Source of the DNA: Gemmatimonadota bacterium
GTDB lineage: Bacteria > Gemmatimonadota > Gemmatimonadetes > Palauibacterales > Palauibacteraceae
Assembly (NCBI GenBank): GCA_037382625.1
Contig: JARRPS010000001.1
Span: forward strand, 1 to 50,501
DNA: 50,501 nt
Direction: 5' to 3'
In this document: positions 1 to 9,981 of the stretch, piece by piece
Layout of the letters: each line of letters begins with the position of its first letter
How positions within the stretch are numbered: the stretch's first letter is position 1
Notes under the pieces: generated by a model
What the model saw: the letters and a program-made list of their open reading frames with translations, nothing else
Databases searched by the model: none
Told to the model about the DNA's origin: nothing
Made by a program: the position numbers and the translations under genes

Positions 1-679
1 CCATGCCGGCGCAGTCGCCGACGTTGTCGCCCACGTTGTCGGCGATCACCGCAGGGTTGCGCGGGTCGTCCTCGGGGATGCCCGCCTCCACCTTGCCGAC
101 GAGGTCGGCGCCGACGTCGGCCGCTTTCGTGTAGATGCCGCCACCAATGCGCGCAAACAGGGCGATCGATGAAGCGCCCATTGCGAATCCCGAGACGATC
201 TCACCGAACGAGCGGAGTCCCACCGCCTCCGGATCGAACATGAGCAGCACCGCTCCGAGTCCGGCGAGCCCGAGACTGGCCACGGCGAGACCCATCACCG
301 CTCCGCCGCTGAACGCGACGCGGAGCGCCTTCTCCTGCCCCTCGGCGCGAGCGGCTTCCGTGGTGCGGACGTTCGCCAGCGTGGCGGCCCGCATCCCGAT
401 GAAGCCGGCCAGGATGGAGCAGAACGCTCCGAACACGTAGGCGGCGGCCGTCCGACCCCCGATCAGCCACCATAGCATCGCCGCCACGACGGCCACGAAT
501 GGCAGCAGCACTGAGTATTCGCGCCTCAGGAACGCCATGGCTCCCGACTGAATCGCCTCCGCCAGATCGCGCATCACCTCGTTGCCCGCCGGCTGGCTCC
601 GGACATACGCGAACAGTGCCAGCGCGAACACGAGTCCGCCCAGTCCGAGCCATACGGCCCAGTCTATCCAATGCTCCAC
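1..679 (-). CDS. hppA: H+/Na+-translocating membrane pyrophosphatase, N-terminal part. The gene continues past the left window edge.
   Basis: The reverse complement of bases 1-49 reads [16 protein letters not shown], the PPase signature. The frame stays open up to a GTG at 679-677, preceded by GGAGAGAG. The hydrophobic N-terminus is [23 protein letters not shown]. It is absent from the ORF track because it runs off the edge. Confidence 0.85.
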   Translation of the reverse strand, partial: MEHWIDWAVWLGLGGLVFALALFAYVRSQPAGNEVMRDLAEAIQSGAMAFLRREYSVLLPFVAVVAAMLWWLIGGRTAAAYVFGAFCSILAGFIGMRAATLANVRTTEAARAEGQEKALRVAFSGGAVMGLAVASLGLAGLGAVLLMFDPEAVGLRSFGEIVSGFAMGASSIALFARIGGGIYTKAADVGADLVGKVEAGIPEDDPRNPAVIADNVGDNVGDCAGM

Positions 680-737
680 GGGACACTCTCTCCTGGTAGG
701 TTTCTGCCCGTCCAGTCCTTCCGAGGCTTCCTCAGCC

Positions 738-1301
738 TCAGTTGAACCGGTTCATGGCAATCTCCACTCCCTCGGACAACCAGCACTCCACGGCCTCCGA
801 CATTCGATCGAAGCCCGCGAGGATCGTTTCTTCCTGATCCGGCCTCGGCGCCGACAGCACCCAGTCTGCCATGTCCACCTCGCGATCCGCGGGCGCGCCG
901 ACTCCGATTCGGAACCTGGCGAATTCCTGAGACCGGAGCGCCCCCTCGATGGAGAGCAGCCCGTTGTGGCCCCCTGCGGATCCCGAGCCTCGCAGTCGGA
1001 AGCGCCCGGGCTCGAGGGCGACATCGTCGACCAGAACGAGCAGGTCCATCGATGGCTCCCACGAGGGCAGATCGCGAAACGCGCGCAGGACCTGCCCGCT
1101 TCGGTTCATGTACGTAAGCGGCTTCAGGAGTCGCAGGTCCATCCCGCTCCACCGGCCCGCCGACTCCGCGACTCGGCCGCGCCTCCGGAATCCCCCGAAG
1201 GACCAGCGGCTCACCAGGTGATCCGCCAGCCACCAGCCCGCATTGTGCCGGGTATCCCGGTACGGCTCTCCCGGGTTGCCGAGCGCGATGAGAAGCTTCA
1301 A
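738..1301 (-). CDS. pth: Peptidyl-tRNA hydrolase
   Basis: The ORF 738..1358 contains [25 protein letters not shown] at 1301, with AGGA 7 nt upstream, gives the canonical [12 protein letters not shown]-terminus and avoids overlapping ctc. The longest ORF would start at 1358. Confidence 0.85.
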   Translation of the reverse strand: MKLLIALGNPGEPYRDTRHNAGWWLADHLVSRWSFGGFRRRGRVAESAGRWSGMDLRLLKPLTYMNRSGQVLRAFRDLPSWEPSMDLLVLVDDVALEPGRFRLRGSGSAGGHNGLLSIEGALRSQEFARFRIGVGAPADREVDMADWVLSAPRPDQEETILAGFDRMSEAVECWLSEGVEIAMNRFN

Positions 1302-1326
1302 CCGATATCCTGAAGCGAAGCGAGTA

Positions 1327-1992
1327 TCAGTCCTCGCTCTCCTCCTCGTCGTCGCCACGCGCCGTGATCACCTCGGGCTCTGCATCTTCCTCCTCGAAGG
1401 CACCCTCCAGCTCCTCCTCCTCGGCGACCTCTACCACACGCGGAGCCGCCACCAGGCAGATCGTGCGCTCCGGCTCGTCCAGAAGGTCAACGCCTTTCAG
1501 ATCGATGTCGCCGATGTGGAGTGAATCCCCGATGGCCAGACCGGAGATATCCACTTCGAAGGAGGCCGGAATCTCGGAAGGCAGACACTCGATTTCGATC
1601 TCGTGTCGCACCTGCTGAAGAACACCTCCGTTTCGCACGCCGATCGGCGTGCCGACAAGGTGCAGAGGTACGTTCACGTTCAGCTTCTCGCCGGCGCGGA
1701 TTTCGAAGAAATCGACATGCAGATACTCGGACCGCACCGGATGTCGCTGGATCTCGCGGATCAGGACCCGTCTCGGCGCTTCGCCGTCGACGGAGAGCTC
1801 CAGGATCGTGTTTTCGACTGAGATCGAATTCACGAGCGCCGCGAACTCCCTCTGATCGGCCGCCACCGCAACCGGCTCGACCTCGCGTCCGTAGACATTC
1901 CCCGGTATCGCGCCGGCGCGCCTGAGCTGGCGGGCCGCACCTTTGCCGCGCCCTTCGCGTGATTCGACCTTCAGCGTAGCCATATTCGTCAT
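1327..1992 (-). CDS. rplY: 50S ribosomal protein L25 / general stress protein Ctc
   Basis: The 221-aa product starts MATLKVESREGRGKGAARQLRRAGAIPGNVYG and has an acidic C-terminal tail. It sits in the conserved prs-ctc-pth order. Confidence 0.85.
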   Translation of the reverse strand: MTNMATLKVESREGRGKGAARQLRRAGAIPGNVYGREVEPVAVAADQREFAALVNSISVENTILELSVDGEAPRRVLIREIQRHPVRSEYLHVDFFEIRAGEKLNVNVPLHLVGTPIGVRNGGVLQQVRHEIEIECLPSEIPASFEVDISGLAIGDSLHIGDIDLKGVDLLDEPERTICLVAAPRVVEVAEEEELEGAFEEEDAEPEVITARGDDEEESED

Positions 1993-2045
1993 ACCTCCAC
2001 CTTTTCGCTCCTCGACATCGGCTCGAATCCTGTCCCGCGGGACCG

Positions 2046-3005
2046 TCAGTCGAACAGTTTGCTCACCGAGCGATTGTAGTGCGTGCTCTCAATGGCCCGC
2101 GCCAGTAACGGCGCGACCGAAACTTCCACCAGATTGGGGAGCGCGTCGCGCTTCTCCTTCGAAATCTCCACTGTATCGGTGACCGCGATCTCCACGATGT
2201 CTGCCCCGCTGAGCCGTTCAACGGCCGGCCCAGAAAGCAACGGATGCGTCGCGATGCAGTACACCTCGGTCGCGCCCCGCTCGTGCAGAGCCCGCACAGC
2301 ATTCACCATCGTCCCGGCCGTATCCACCATGTCGTCGGGGATGAGACACTTCCGGCCTCGAACCTCTCCGACCACGTTCACGACTTCCGCCACGTTCGGG
2401 CCGGAGCGCCGCTTGTCGATGATCGCCAGTCCCGCGCCCATGCGCTTCGCGTATCCCCTGGCCATCTTGGCGGCGCCCACATCCGTCGCGACCACCACGA
2501 AATCGTCCTTGTCCACGGAGCTGTAATGCTCCATGAACACGGGAGACGCGTACAGGTGGTCCACCGGAATGTCGAAAAACCCCTGCAACTGATGCTGATG
2601 AAGATCGATCGTGATCAACCGGTCCGCTCCGGCCGCCACGATCAGATTCGCCATCAGCTTGGCCGCGATGGAGACTCGCGGCTGGTCTTTCCGGTCCTGT
2701 CTCGCGTACCCGAAGTAGGGAACGACCGCGGTCACACGCGCCGCAGACGCTCGCTTCGCCGCATCGATCAGGAGCAGAAGCTCCAGCGTGTTCTCGGCCG
2801 GGGGATTCGTCGGCTGAATCACGAACACGTCCCGGCCCCGCACGTTTTCATCGATTCGTACGAAGATCTCTCCGTCCGCGAATCTCTTTACCGTCACTTC
2901 GCAGAGCGGCTGTCCGAGTTCCTCCGCGATACCTTCCGCGAGAGCGGGATTGGCCGTCCCGGTCAGCACCATCATCGGCGTACCGGTTGCCGATACTTCG
3001 GTCAT
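2046..3005 (-). CDS. prs: Ribose-phosphate pyrophosphokinase
   Basis: The 319-aa product carries DLHQHQLQGFFDIPVDHL, YFGYARQDRK and a PRPP-binding loop IPDDMVDTAGT. Confidence 0.9.
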   Translation of the reverse strand: MTEVSATGTPMMVLTGTANPALAEGIAEELGQPLCEVTVKRFADGEIFVRIDENVRGRDVFVIQPTNPPAENTLELLLLIDAAKRASAARVTAVVPYFGYARQDRKDQPRVSIAAKLMANLIVAAGADRLITIDLHQHQLQGFFDIPVDHLYASPVFMEHYSSVDKDDFVVVATDVGAAKMARGYAKRMGAGLAIIDKRRSGPNVAEVVNVVGEVRGRKCLIPDDMVDTAGTMVNAVRALHERGATEVYCIATHPLLSGPAVERLSGADIVEIAVTDTVEISKEKRDALPNLVEVSVAPLLARAIESTHYNRSVSKLFD

Positions 3006-3067
3006 GGCTCCGTTTCGCTCCCTGTCGCGTTCCGTCTGCGCTCGGAAAAGAGCCGAGCAGTTTACCT

Positions 3068-4306
3068 CTATCGTACCGTATCGTCAACCGAATCGGAGCG
3101 CACTGCCTCGGCATCTCCAGAGACTTGCGGGTCCGATGGACCAGCCGGGTACACGGTCCCCACCTTCTCCAGGTAGAGGTGCTGAGTCGGGTAGGCGAAC
3201 TCGATTCCCTCCGCCGCAAATCGTCGGAGCATTTCGAGATTCACCGCCTGCTGCACATCCATGTACGTCCCGTAGTCGGGTACGGTCATGAAGTAGACCG
3301 TCTCGAAAATGAGCGCCGAATCGCCGAATTCCTTGAAATGTGACCGTTCGAACCGGGTGCGCTCCTGACTCTCGATCGCCGAACGGAGCATCCCCGGGAT
3401 CTTCTCGACCACTTCGGGCGGCGTACCGTACACGACGCCGATTCGAAACAGCACCCGCCGCTCCTCCATTCGGCCGTAATTCCGGATCCGGCTTTGAAGC
3501 AGGTCCTTGTTGGAGAATACGAGCTGTTCGCCGGTCAGGCTCGTAAGACGGGTCGAATTGAGCCCGATCGACTCGACCGTGCCGCCGAGGTCGTCCACCG
3601 AGAGGTAGTCTCCGATGACGAATGGCTTGTCGAGCAGGATGGACAGAGATGCCAGCAGATCCCCGAGTATGCTCTGAACCGCCAGCGCGACCGCGATCCC
3701 GCCGATCCCGAGGCCGGCCACGAGAGCCGAGATGTCTACACCCAGGTTCTCGAGAACCAGCATGGCGATGAGCGCCCATACCGCGACGCTGATCGCCCAG
3801 CTCACGAATCTCAGGGTCATCGACGCTTCCGGGTCGTCTCCCCAGCGTCGTTCCCGCCAGGACCGCAGAAGTACCTGCAGCCAGGCGGACGCCCAGAACC
3901 CGACCTGTATCAGGGCGGCTCCGATCGCCAGGCTGGTCAGCCAGGCATCCACGCGCGAGGAAAGTGCGAGTGGGCGGACGGCGAATTGAAGGGCGAGAAA
4001 GATGAGCAGCCATGGTTTCGTGGCAGCGATGGCTGCCGCGAGGGAATCGTCGAGGCCGGTCCGCGTTTTCTTTGACAGGGCCACGATGCGAACGAGAATC
4101 AGCTGCCTGACGACCACGAACAGAACGGCGAGTCCGAGCAGGATTGCCAGAGAACCGAGCCAGGCTCGTACGGGATTGCCGAGTACGACGTTGTCCAGGA
4201 ATTCCAAGTCAGACTCCGAAGACGGGTGCTCACGAACAGACCAACGGGAAGGCCCGACTCGGCCGGACGAATCCGGATCGTCCTCATCGGGCGGCTCGGC
4301 GCCCAA
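3068..4306 (-). CDS. Small-conductance mechanosensitive channel (MscS family)
   Basis: It has multiple TM helices followed by LDKPFVIGDYLSVDDLGGTVESIGLNSTRLTSLTGEQLVFSN, the typical MscS beta-domain. Confidence 0.8.
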   Translation of the reverse strand: MGAEPPDEDDPDSSGRVGPSRWSVREHPSSESDLEFLDNVVLGNPVRAWLGSLAILLGLAVLFVVVRQLILVRIVALSKKTRTGLDDSLAAAIAATKPWLLIFLALQFAVRPLALSSRVDAWLTSLAIGAALIQVGFWASAWLQVLLRSWRERRWGDDPEASMTLRFVSWAISVAVWALIAMLVLENLGVDISALVAGLGIGGIAVALAVQSILGDLLASLSILLDKPFVIGDYLSVDDLGGTVESIGLNSTRLTSLTGEQLVFSNKDLLQSRIRNYGRMEERRVLFRIGVVYGTPPEVVEKIPGMLRSAIESQERTRFERSHFKEFGDSALIFETVYFMTVPDYGTYMDVQQAVNLEMLRRFAAEGIEFAYPTQHLYLEKVGTVYPAGPSDPQVSGDAEAVRSDSVDDTVR

Positions 4307-4455
4307 TCTGACGAACGCGCCATCTCATGCAAGCGCCGGAGGGCCTTCTCGCTGTGTTCACTGCCGAAAAGGCCGCGGATCCGTTGAACCCGTCGGCCCG
4401 GCGGTCGTAGGTTGGCACGGTTCGACCGTCGCCGTTAACCGCCGCCCCCGAGATC

Positions 4456-5775
4456 GTGAGACCGATGCTCCTTCGAACCCCTGGCCTGATCGGCAGACCC
4501 GGCCGCGCAGCATGCCGTAGCTTCATTTCTTCCCTGGCGATCCTGGTTTCCACATCGGGCGGGATCTCTCAGGAGGTGCGGCCGGAGTGTGACCCCGACA
4601 ACGGTGGGATCACCCTTCCGGAGGGGTTCTGCGCCCTCGTCGTGTCAGACGGGCTGGGCCGTATCCGGCACCTCGCGGTGCAGCCGGATGGCGACATCTA
4701 TGTCGCGATTCGAGGCCGGCGGGACGAACGCGGAGGTGTTCTGGCGCTGCGCGACACGACCGGCGACGGACGAGCGGACCTGCGGATACGGCTCGTGGAA
4801 GACCTGGGTGGAACCGGAATCGCCCTGTCGGGAGACACGCTGTTCTACGGACGCGACGATGCCGTGCTGCGCTTTCGTCTGGACGAGGATCAACTCGGCT
4901 CCAGCCACGCACCCGACACACTCGTGCGAGGACTCCCGTCGGATGGAGGCCATGCCGCCAAGTCTCTCGCCATCGCCCCGGATGGCGGCCTCTTCGTCAA
5001 TATCGGATCCGCCTCCAATGCGTGTCAGGAGATGGATCGGGCTCGCGGGTCACCCGGACGCGATCCCTGCCCCGAGCTTTCCGTTCGGGCGGGGATCTGG
5101 CGATTTGCGAGCGGCAACAGCGGGCAAGGGCCGGACGACGGTGAGCGATGGGCCTCGGGATTGCGGAATACGGTGGCGCTGGCCGTCAGACCGCAGGACG
5201 GAGAGCTCTACGGCGTAATCCACGGACGCGATCAGCTGCACAGCTCCTGGCCGGGACAGTTCTCTGAGCAGGAGAGCGCCGAGAAGCCGTCGGAGGAGTT
5301 CGTGCGAATCGTGCGCGGCGGTCGCTACTCATGGCCCGAGTGCTACCACGATCGGGAGGCAGACCGCCTCGTGCTCGCGCCGGAGTACGGAGGCGACGGG
5401 ATCACCGCCGGGCTCTGCGCGACGCGCGACGGGCCGATCGCCGCCTATCCGGCGCACTGGGCGCCCAATGCGCTGCTTTTCTATGATGGGGACTCTTTTC
5501 CCGACCGATTCCGGGGCGGAGCCTTCGTAGCCTTTCACGGGTCCTGGAACCGGGCTCCCTTGCCCCAGGGAGGATACAACGTCGTCTTCCAGCCCTTCGA
5601 CGCAGAGGGTCCGGCGGGCTCCTGGGAGGTGTTCGCGGATGGATTCGCCGGCGCCGACAAGTCTCCGCGGGGCGCCCTTCACCGGCCCACGGGTCTGGCC
5701 ATCGGCCCCGACGGCTCGCTCTACATTTCGGATGACTCCGGAGGGCGGATCTGGAGGGTCCTTTATGCGCCGTGA
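4456..5775 (+). CDS. Secreted PQQ-dependent sugar (sorbosone/glucose) dehydrogenase-like beta-propeller protein
   Basis: It has an N-terminal signal-like segment. Repeated propeller-like blades are visible, for example GLRNTVALAVRP..GELYGVIHGRDQL and RPTGLAIGPDGSLYISDDSGGRIWRVLY. Confidence 0.55.
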   Translation: MRPMLLRTPGLIGRPGRAACRSFISSLAILVSTSGGISQEVRPECDPDNGGITLPEGFCALVVSDGLGRIRHLAVQPDGDIYVAIRGRRDERGGVLALRDTTGDGRADLRIRLVEDLGGTGIALSGDTLFYGRDDAVLRFRLDEDQLGSSHAPDTLVRGLPSDGGHAAKSLAIAPDGGLFVNIGSASNACQEMDRARGSPGRDPCPELSVRAGIWRFASGNSGQGPDDGERWASGLRNTVALAVRPQDGELYGVIHGRDQLHSSWPGQFSEQESAEKPSEEFVRIVRGGRYSWPECYHDREADRLVLAPEYGGDGITAGLCATRDGPIAAYPAHWAPNALLFYDGDSFPDRFRGGAFVAFHGSWNRAPLPQGGYNVVFQPFDAEGPAGSWEVFADGFAGADKSPRGALHRPTGLAIGPDGSLYISDDSGGRIWRVLYAP

Positions 5776-7324
5776 GGGCCGGTTTCCTTCGACCGACCGT
5801 TCCGACCAGAACGTCGGAGGGGCGTCGAACGAAACACTTCGAGCTGACGGTGCGGCGCGGGAGCTCGAGCTCCTCGTTCGCTCCCGCTATCCACTCATCG
5901 TGGTAGACACGCTGGAAGAGGACCGGCTGCGTGACTTGTTGTCGCGAACGGCGGCGCGGCTCGGCGTACCTCTGTTCTCCTGGAGCCGGAACCGGGGACT
6001 GGTCCGAGAGGGACTCGAGCGAGGCGTTTACGACACCTCGGAACCAGGCAGGCTGCTGGCGCACCTGGCGGCCGCGGACCAGCCGGGGCTGTATCTTCTC
6101 GCCGACTTCCACCCGTGGCTCTCGGATCCGATCGTCGCGCGATCTTTTCGCGAGTCCACGGCCGCCTTCACAGTTCCGGATCGGGCGCTGGTCATTTCCG
6201 GCCACGGCGTCGAGCTTCCGCCCGAAATCGACGCCACCGCCGTTCCCTGGAAGCTGTCGCTTCCGGATGCGTCGGCGATTCGGAGGGAGCTGGCCCGCAC
6301 GGTTCGGGAATTGCGCGAGGATCTGGGCGTAGAGGTCCGCCTGACGGCCGAGGACGCGGACGCTCTCGCGCGGAACCTCTCCGGTCTTACGCTCGACGAG
6401 GTCCGAAGGTCACTGCGGCGAGCCGCCCTCGACGATCGTTCCCTGGACCTGAACGACCTCGAGATCCTGATGCAGGCCAAGAAGGAAGCCATCGCTCGTG
6501 CCGGTGTGCTCGAGTGGTACCCGACCTCGTCCGGGAGCGGGGCGGTGGGCGGCATGCAGGCGCTTCGGGATTGGCTGGACAAGCGGCGGGGCGCTTTTCA
6601 TGACGAGGCTCGCGCGTACGGCCTCGAACCGCCCAGGGGCCTGCTTCTCGTCGGCGTGCAGGGGTGCGGCAAGAGTCTCCTCGCCCGAAGCGTGGCACAC
6701 TCGTGGAGCCTTCCGCTGGTCCGACTCGACCCGGCTGCCCTGTACGACAAGTATGTCGGCGAGACGGAGAAGAACCTGCGCAGGGCTCTCGACACCGTGG
6801 ACGCGATGGCGCCGGTAGTGCTCTGGATCGACGAGATCGAGAAGGGACTGGCCTCCGGCGGTTCGAATGCCGATGGCGGAGTCTCCCGTCGATTGCTCGG
6901 CAGTTTTCTTACCTGGTTCCAGGAGCGGCCGCACGGAGTGTTCGTGGTCGCGACGTCCAACGACGTGACGGCGTTGCCGCCCGAACTCCTGCGCAAGGGA
7001 CGGTTCGACGAGATCTTCTTCGTGGATCTCCCGCTTCAAGAGGAGCGTGCCCAGATCCTCGGACTGCATCTGGAGAGTCGCGGGCGTGACCCCCGACGCT
7101 TCGATCTCGAGCTGCTGGCCGAGGTCAGCGAAGGATTCTCCGGTGCGGAATTGGAGCAGGCGATCGTGGCGGCCCTGTACACCGCGTTCTCCGAAGATCG
7201 GGAGATCGACACGGATACCCTTCGAGCGGAGATCGGCAGAGCGGTACCGCTGTCGGTCACCATGGCCGAGAGAATCGCGGCACTCCGGGATTGGGCGCGC
7301 GCACGAACGGTCCCGGCCTCGTGA
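5765..7324 (+). CDS. AAA+ ATPase, Ycf46-like: about 260 aa of uncharacterised N-terminal domain plus one CDC48/FtsH-type AAA module
   Basis: Walker A is GVQGCGKS and Walker B is VVLWIDEIEK. The second region of homology and arginine finger appear as ATSNDVTALPPELLRKGRFDEIFFVDLP. The N-terminus RYPLIVVDTLEEDRL resembles Ycf46. The ATG at 5765 overlaps the upstream stop at 5773-5775; the ORF-track start at 5639 would overlap the preceding gene by 137 nt. Confidence 0.75.
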   Translation: MRREGRFPSTDRSDQNVGGASNETLRADGAARELELLVRSRYPLIVVDTLEEDRLRDLLSRTAARLGVPLFSWSRNRGLVREGLERGVYDTSEPGRLLAHLAAADQPGLYLLADFHPWLSDPIVARSFRESTAAFTVPDRALVISGHGVELPPEIDATAVPWKLSLPDASAIRRELARTVRELREDLGVEVRLTAEDADALARNLSGLTLDEVRRSLRRAALDDRSLDLNDLEILMQAKKEAIARAGVLEWYPTSSGSGAVGGMQALRDWLDKRRGAFHDEARAYGLEPPRGLLLVGVQGCGKSLLARSVAHSWSLPLVRLDPAALYDKYVGETEKNLRRALDTVDAMAPVVLWIDEIEKGLASGGSNADGGVSRRLLGSFLTWFQERPHGVFVVATSNDVTALPPELLRKGRFDEIFFVDLPLQEERAQILGLHLESRGRDPRRFDLELLAEVSEGFSGAELEQAIVAALYTAFSEDREIDTDTLRAEIGRAVPLSVTMAERIAALRDWARARTVPAS

Positions 7325-8268
7325 ACCGGCTTCAGGCGTTCACCGGCAACCCTCTCGACAGGGCGGCGACCCTGCGCAGGGACCCGGGCTGGGTTCGCGC
7401 CAGGTTGACGGACCCCGCCTCGCGTTTTCTGGTCTTCCGTGAACTGCGCCCCATGCTGCTGGAGGGGAACCACGGTCTGCAGATCGACTGGAGGCCCCGA
7501 CCCGTGTGCGTGGATGGGGCCGTTCTCCTCGGAATCGACAGGGACCACGCGGCGCACTTCGCGATCGAGACCGCCGAAGACGCAATCGAATCCGGCGCGG
7601 GCAATGCTCCGCGCTTTTTCGACACCCGAGCTGCCGCCGGCGCGCTCCCCGCAGAAGAATCGGCGATCGTCGCGCAGGCCCGCTCGCTTCTCTCCTGGCA
7701 CCGGGACCACCCGATCTGCTCCCGCTGCGGCGGTCCGACGAAGCCTGTCGAGGCCGGCTACTCCCGGCGATGCACGCGAAACGGATGCCGCTCCACCCAT
7801 TTCCCCCGCACCGATCCCGTCGTGATCATGATGGTCGTGCGGGGAGATCGGGCCCTGCTGGGGAGGTCGGTGCGGGAACCGCCCTTCCCCCCCGGGTTGT
7901 TCTCCTGTCTGGCCGGATACGTCGAGCCCGGCGAATCCGTCGAGGAGGCCGTGGGGCGAGAGGTGCGTGAGGAGGCAGGCATCGAAACGGGAAGAGTCCT
8001 GTATCATTCATCGCAGCCGTGGCCTTTTCCGTCGAGCTTGATGCTGGGCTGTTTCGCCGAAGCGCTCTCGGAGACCGTGGCGATCGATCGAGCCGAAGTC
8101 GAGGAAGTCCGCTGGTTTCATCGGAACGAGGTGGAAGAAGCTCTGGGCCGCTGCATGGAAGACACGGGGATCCGACTTCCCGCTCCGATCACGGCGGCCC
8201 ATCGCCTGGCACGTGCGTGGATCGATGACGAGCCCCGAATCCGGTTCGGTCCCGGAGTCGAGCCGTGA
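7321..8268 (+). CDS. nudC: NAD+ diphosphatase / NADH pyrophosphatase (Nudix, zinc ribbon)
   Basis: The zinc ribbon is CSRCGG...CTRNGC and the Nudix box is GYVEPGESVEEAVGREVREEAGI. The NudC-specific motif SQPWPFPSSLMLG is present. The GTG at 7321 forms a GTGA overlap with the AAA+ stop; an alternative ATG lies at 7291. Confidence 0.85.
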   Translation: MNRLQAFTGNPLDRAATLRRDPGWVRARLTDPASRFLVFRELRPMLLEGNHGLQIDWRPRPVCVDGAVLLGIDRDHAAHFAIETAEDAIESGAGNAPRFFDTRAAAGALPAEESAIVAQARSLLSWHRDHPICSRCGGPTKPVEAGYSRRCTRNGCRSTHFPRTDPVVIMMVVRGDRALLGRSVREPPFPPGLFSCLAGYVEPGESVEEAVGREVREEAGIETGRVLYHSSQPWPFPSSLMLGCFAEALSETVAIDRAEVEEVRWFHRNEVEEALGRCMEDTGIRLPAPITAAHRLARAWIDDEPRIRFGPGVEP

Positions 8269-9911
8269 AGGGGTCCATGGTCGCGCCCCACCTCACCACC
8301 CCCGCCGCGTCCGGCGATCTCCGTGCGCTTCCCGCCGAAGTCCTCGAGCAGACCTGCAAACGCGTCGGTATCGCGAGCTTCGCCTTTGCCGGAATCTGGG
8401 CCTGGGTGCTCCTCATGAACACCGTCGTCTGGCGCCTTACCGGCCCCGATGGCGCCGCCCTGCTGGGAGACATGTCGGGGCGAGCCAACTTCATCACGGT
8501 AGTCGGGATCGTTCTCTCGCTGGCGATGGTGTTCGTGGCAGGCGCCCTGCAACACAGGCCTGCGCTGCTGATCGACGTCGGGCTCGGCTTCGAGGTCACC
8601 ACCGCGTTTCTGATCGCAGCGTTCAACTGGTTGGTGATTCCGCCCGAGTGGTATCCGTCTGCGGGCGTGAGCTTCATCTGCGTCGTCATTCTCTTCTATC
8701 CGACAATCGCGCCAGCGGGGCCGTATCGGACGCTCGCCGCGGCATTCCTGGCCGCCTCGATGGATCCGCTCGTGTTCCAGCTCTCGCAGGCGCAGGGCGC
8801 GCTTTACGATCTTCGGACCTACGATCTTCTCTGGGCATTCGGTCCGAACTATGTCTGCGCGCTGCTCGCCGTCGTTCCCGCGACCGTGATCCGGGGGCTC
8901 GGAAAGAGAGTCTCCCGCGAGCGCGAGCTGGGGGCCTATCGCATCGGAGAGCGCATCGGCCAGGGCGGCATGGGGCAGGTATACAGGGCTACACACCGAC
9001 TTCTCGCCCGACCGGCAGCGATCAAGTTGATCCGCCGGGAGGCGCTCGGGAACGAAGGCCCGGACCGGGCGCAAATCGTGGTCGAGAGGTTTCGGCGCGA
9101 GGCCCGGGCGGCGGCGAATCTGCGCTCTCCGCACACCATCGAGCTGTATGACTTCGGAACTGCCGACGACGGCACCTTCTACTACGTGATGGAATTGCTC
9201 GATGGCCTCGATCTCGACCGTCTCGTAGCGCGATTCGGACCGCTCGGCGCCGACCGGTCCGTCCACCTGCTCAAACAGATCTGCCTGTCGCTGGGTGAGG
9301 CGCACGAGCGAGGACTCGTGCATCGAGACATCAAGCCCTCCAACCTCGTGGCCTGTCGCATGGGCCTCGCGGTAGACTTCATGAAGGTACTCGACTTCGG
9401 ACTCGTGAAAGCCTCGTCGGAGAAGGAATCGGATGCTCCCGAGCTGACTTCCCCGGACGTGACGACCGGAACGCCGACCTTCATGGCTCCCGAGATCGCG
9501 GTCGGTGGCCGGCCTGTCGATCACCGGGCCGACATCTACGCACTGGGCTGCGTGGCCTTCTGGATGCTGACCGGCAGAAACGTATTCGAGGGACCTACCT
9601 CGATCGCGATTCTCACGCAGCACGTTCGAGATACGCCACCAGCGCCCTCGACGCTCAGCGAGACCCGCATTCCCCCGGAACTGGATCGTATCGTCCTCGA
9701 TTGCCTGGCGAAGGACCCGGACGATCGACCTTCGAGCGCGGTCGCGCTCCACCGGCGCCTCGACGAGTGCCCGGTTCAGCCGTGGACGCCGGATCAGGCG
9801 AGGCAGTGGTGGGAGCTTCACATCCCCGATTCGGAACTCCCGCCATCCGAAGCGCGCGACGCATCGATTCTCGATCCGGAGCGGACCATCACTCTGCTTC
9901 GGGAGGAATAG
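8265..9911 (+). CDS. Hanks-type Ser/Thr protein kinase with an N-terminal polytopic membrane domain
   Basis: The first ~230 aa contain roughly six hydrophobic helices. They are followed by GQGGMGQVYRA...AIK, HRDIKPSNL, DFG and the activation loop GTPTFMAPE. The GTG at 8265 forms a GTGA overlap with the nudC stop; an alternative ATG lies at 8277. Confidence 0.85.
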   Translation: MKGSMVAPHLTTPAASGDLRALPAEVLEQTCKRVGIASFAFAGIWAWVLLMNTVVWRLTGPDGAALLGDMSGRANFITVVGIVLSLAMVFVAGALQHRPALLIDVGLGFEVTTAFLIAAFNWLVIPPEWYPSAGVSFICVVILFYPTIAPAGPYRTLAAAFLAASMDPLVFQLSQAQGALYDLRTYDLLWAFGPNYVCALLAVVPATVIRGLGKRVSRERELGAYRIGERIGQGGMGQVYRATHRLLARPAAIKLIRREALGNEGPDRAQIVVERFRREARAAANLRSPHTIELYDFGTADDGTFYYVMELLDGLDLDRLVARFGPLGADRSVHLLKQICLSLGEAHERGLVHRDIKPSNLVACRMGLAVDFMKVLDFGLVKASSEKESDAPELTSPDVTTGTPTFMAPEIAVGGRPVDHRADIYALGCVAFWMLTGRNVFEGPTSIAILTQHVRDTPPAPSTLSETRIPPELDRIVLDCLAKDPDDRPSSAVALHRRLDECPVQPWTPDQARQWWELHIPDSELPPSEARDASILDPERTITLLREE

Positions 9912-9981
9912 CCGGGCCGACGGCATCGCTCGGACGGTCTGCTCAAATCCGCGCGAACCCCGTTCCGAATTCGTGCAGGAA

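Noticed and set aside
8118-9926. Very long ORFs antisense to, or out of frame with, clearly recognisable genes. Examples are 8118-9926(-), 13786-16089(+), 19112-20644(+), 20765-22297(+), 34559-35986(-), 41804-43525(-) and 48108-50183(-).
   Set aside because: Their translations are Arg/Pro/Gly-rich low-complexity strings with no motifs. Each lies opposite a gene with strong family signatures. Long shadow ORFs are expected in high-GC DNA because stop codons are rare.
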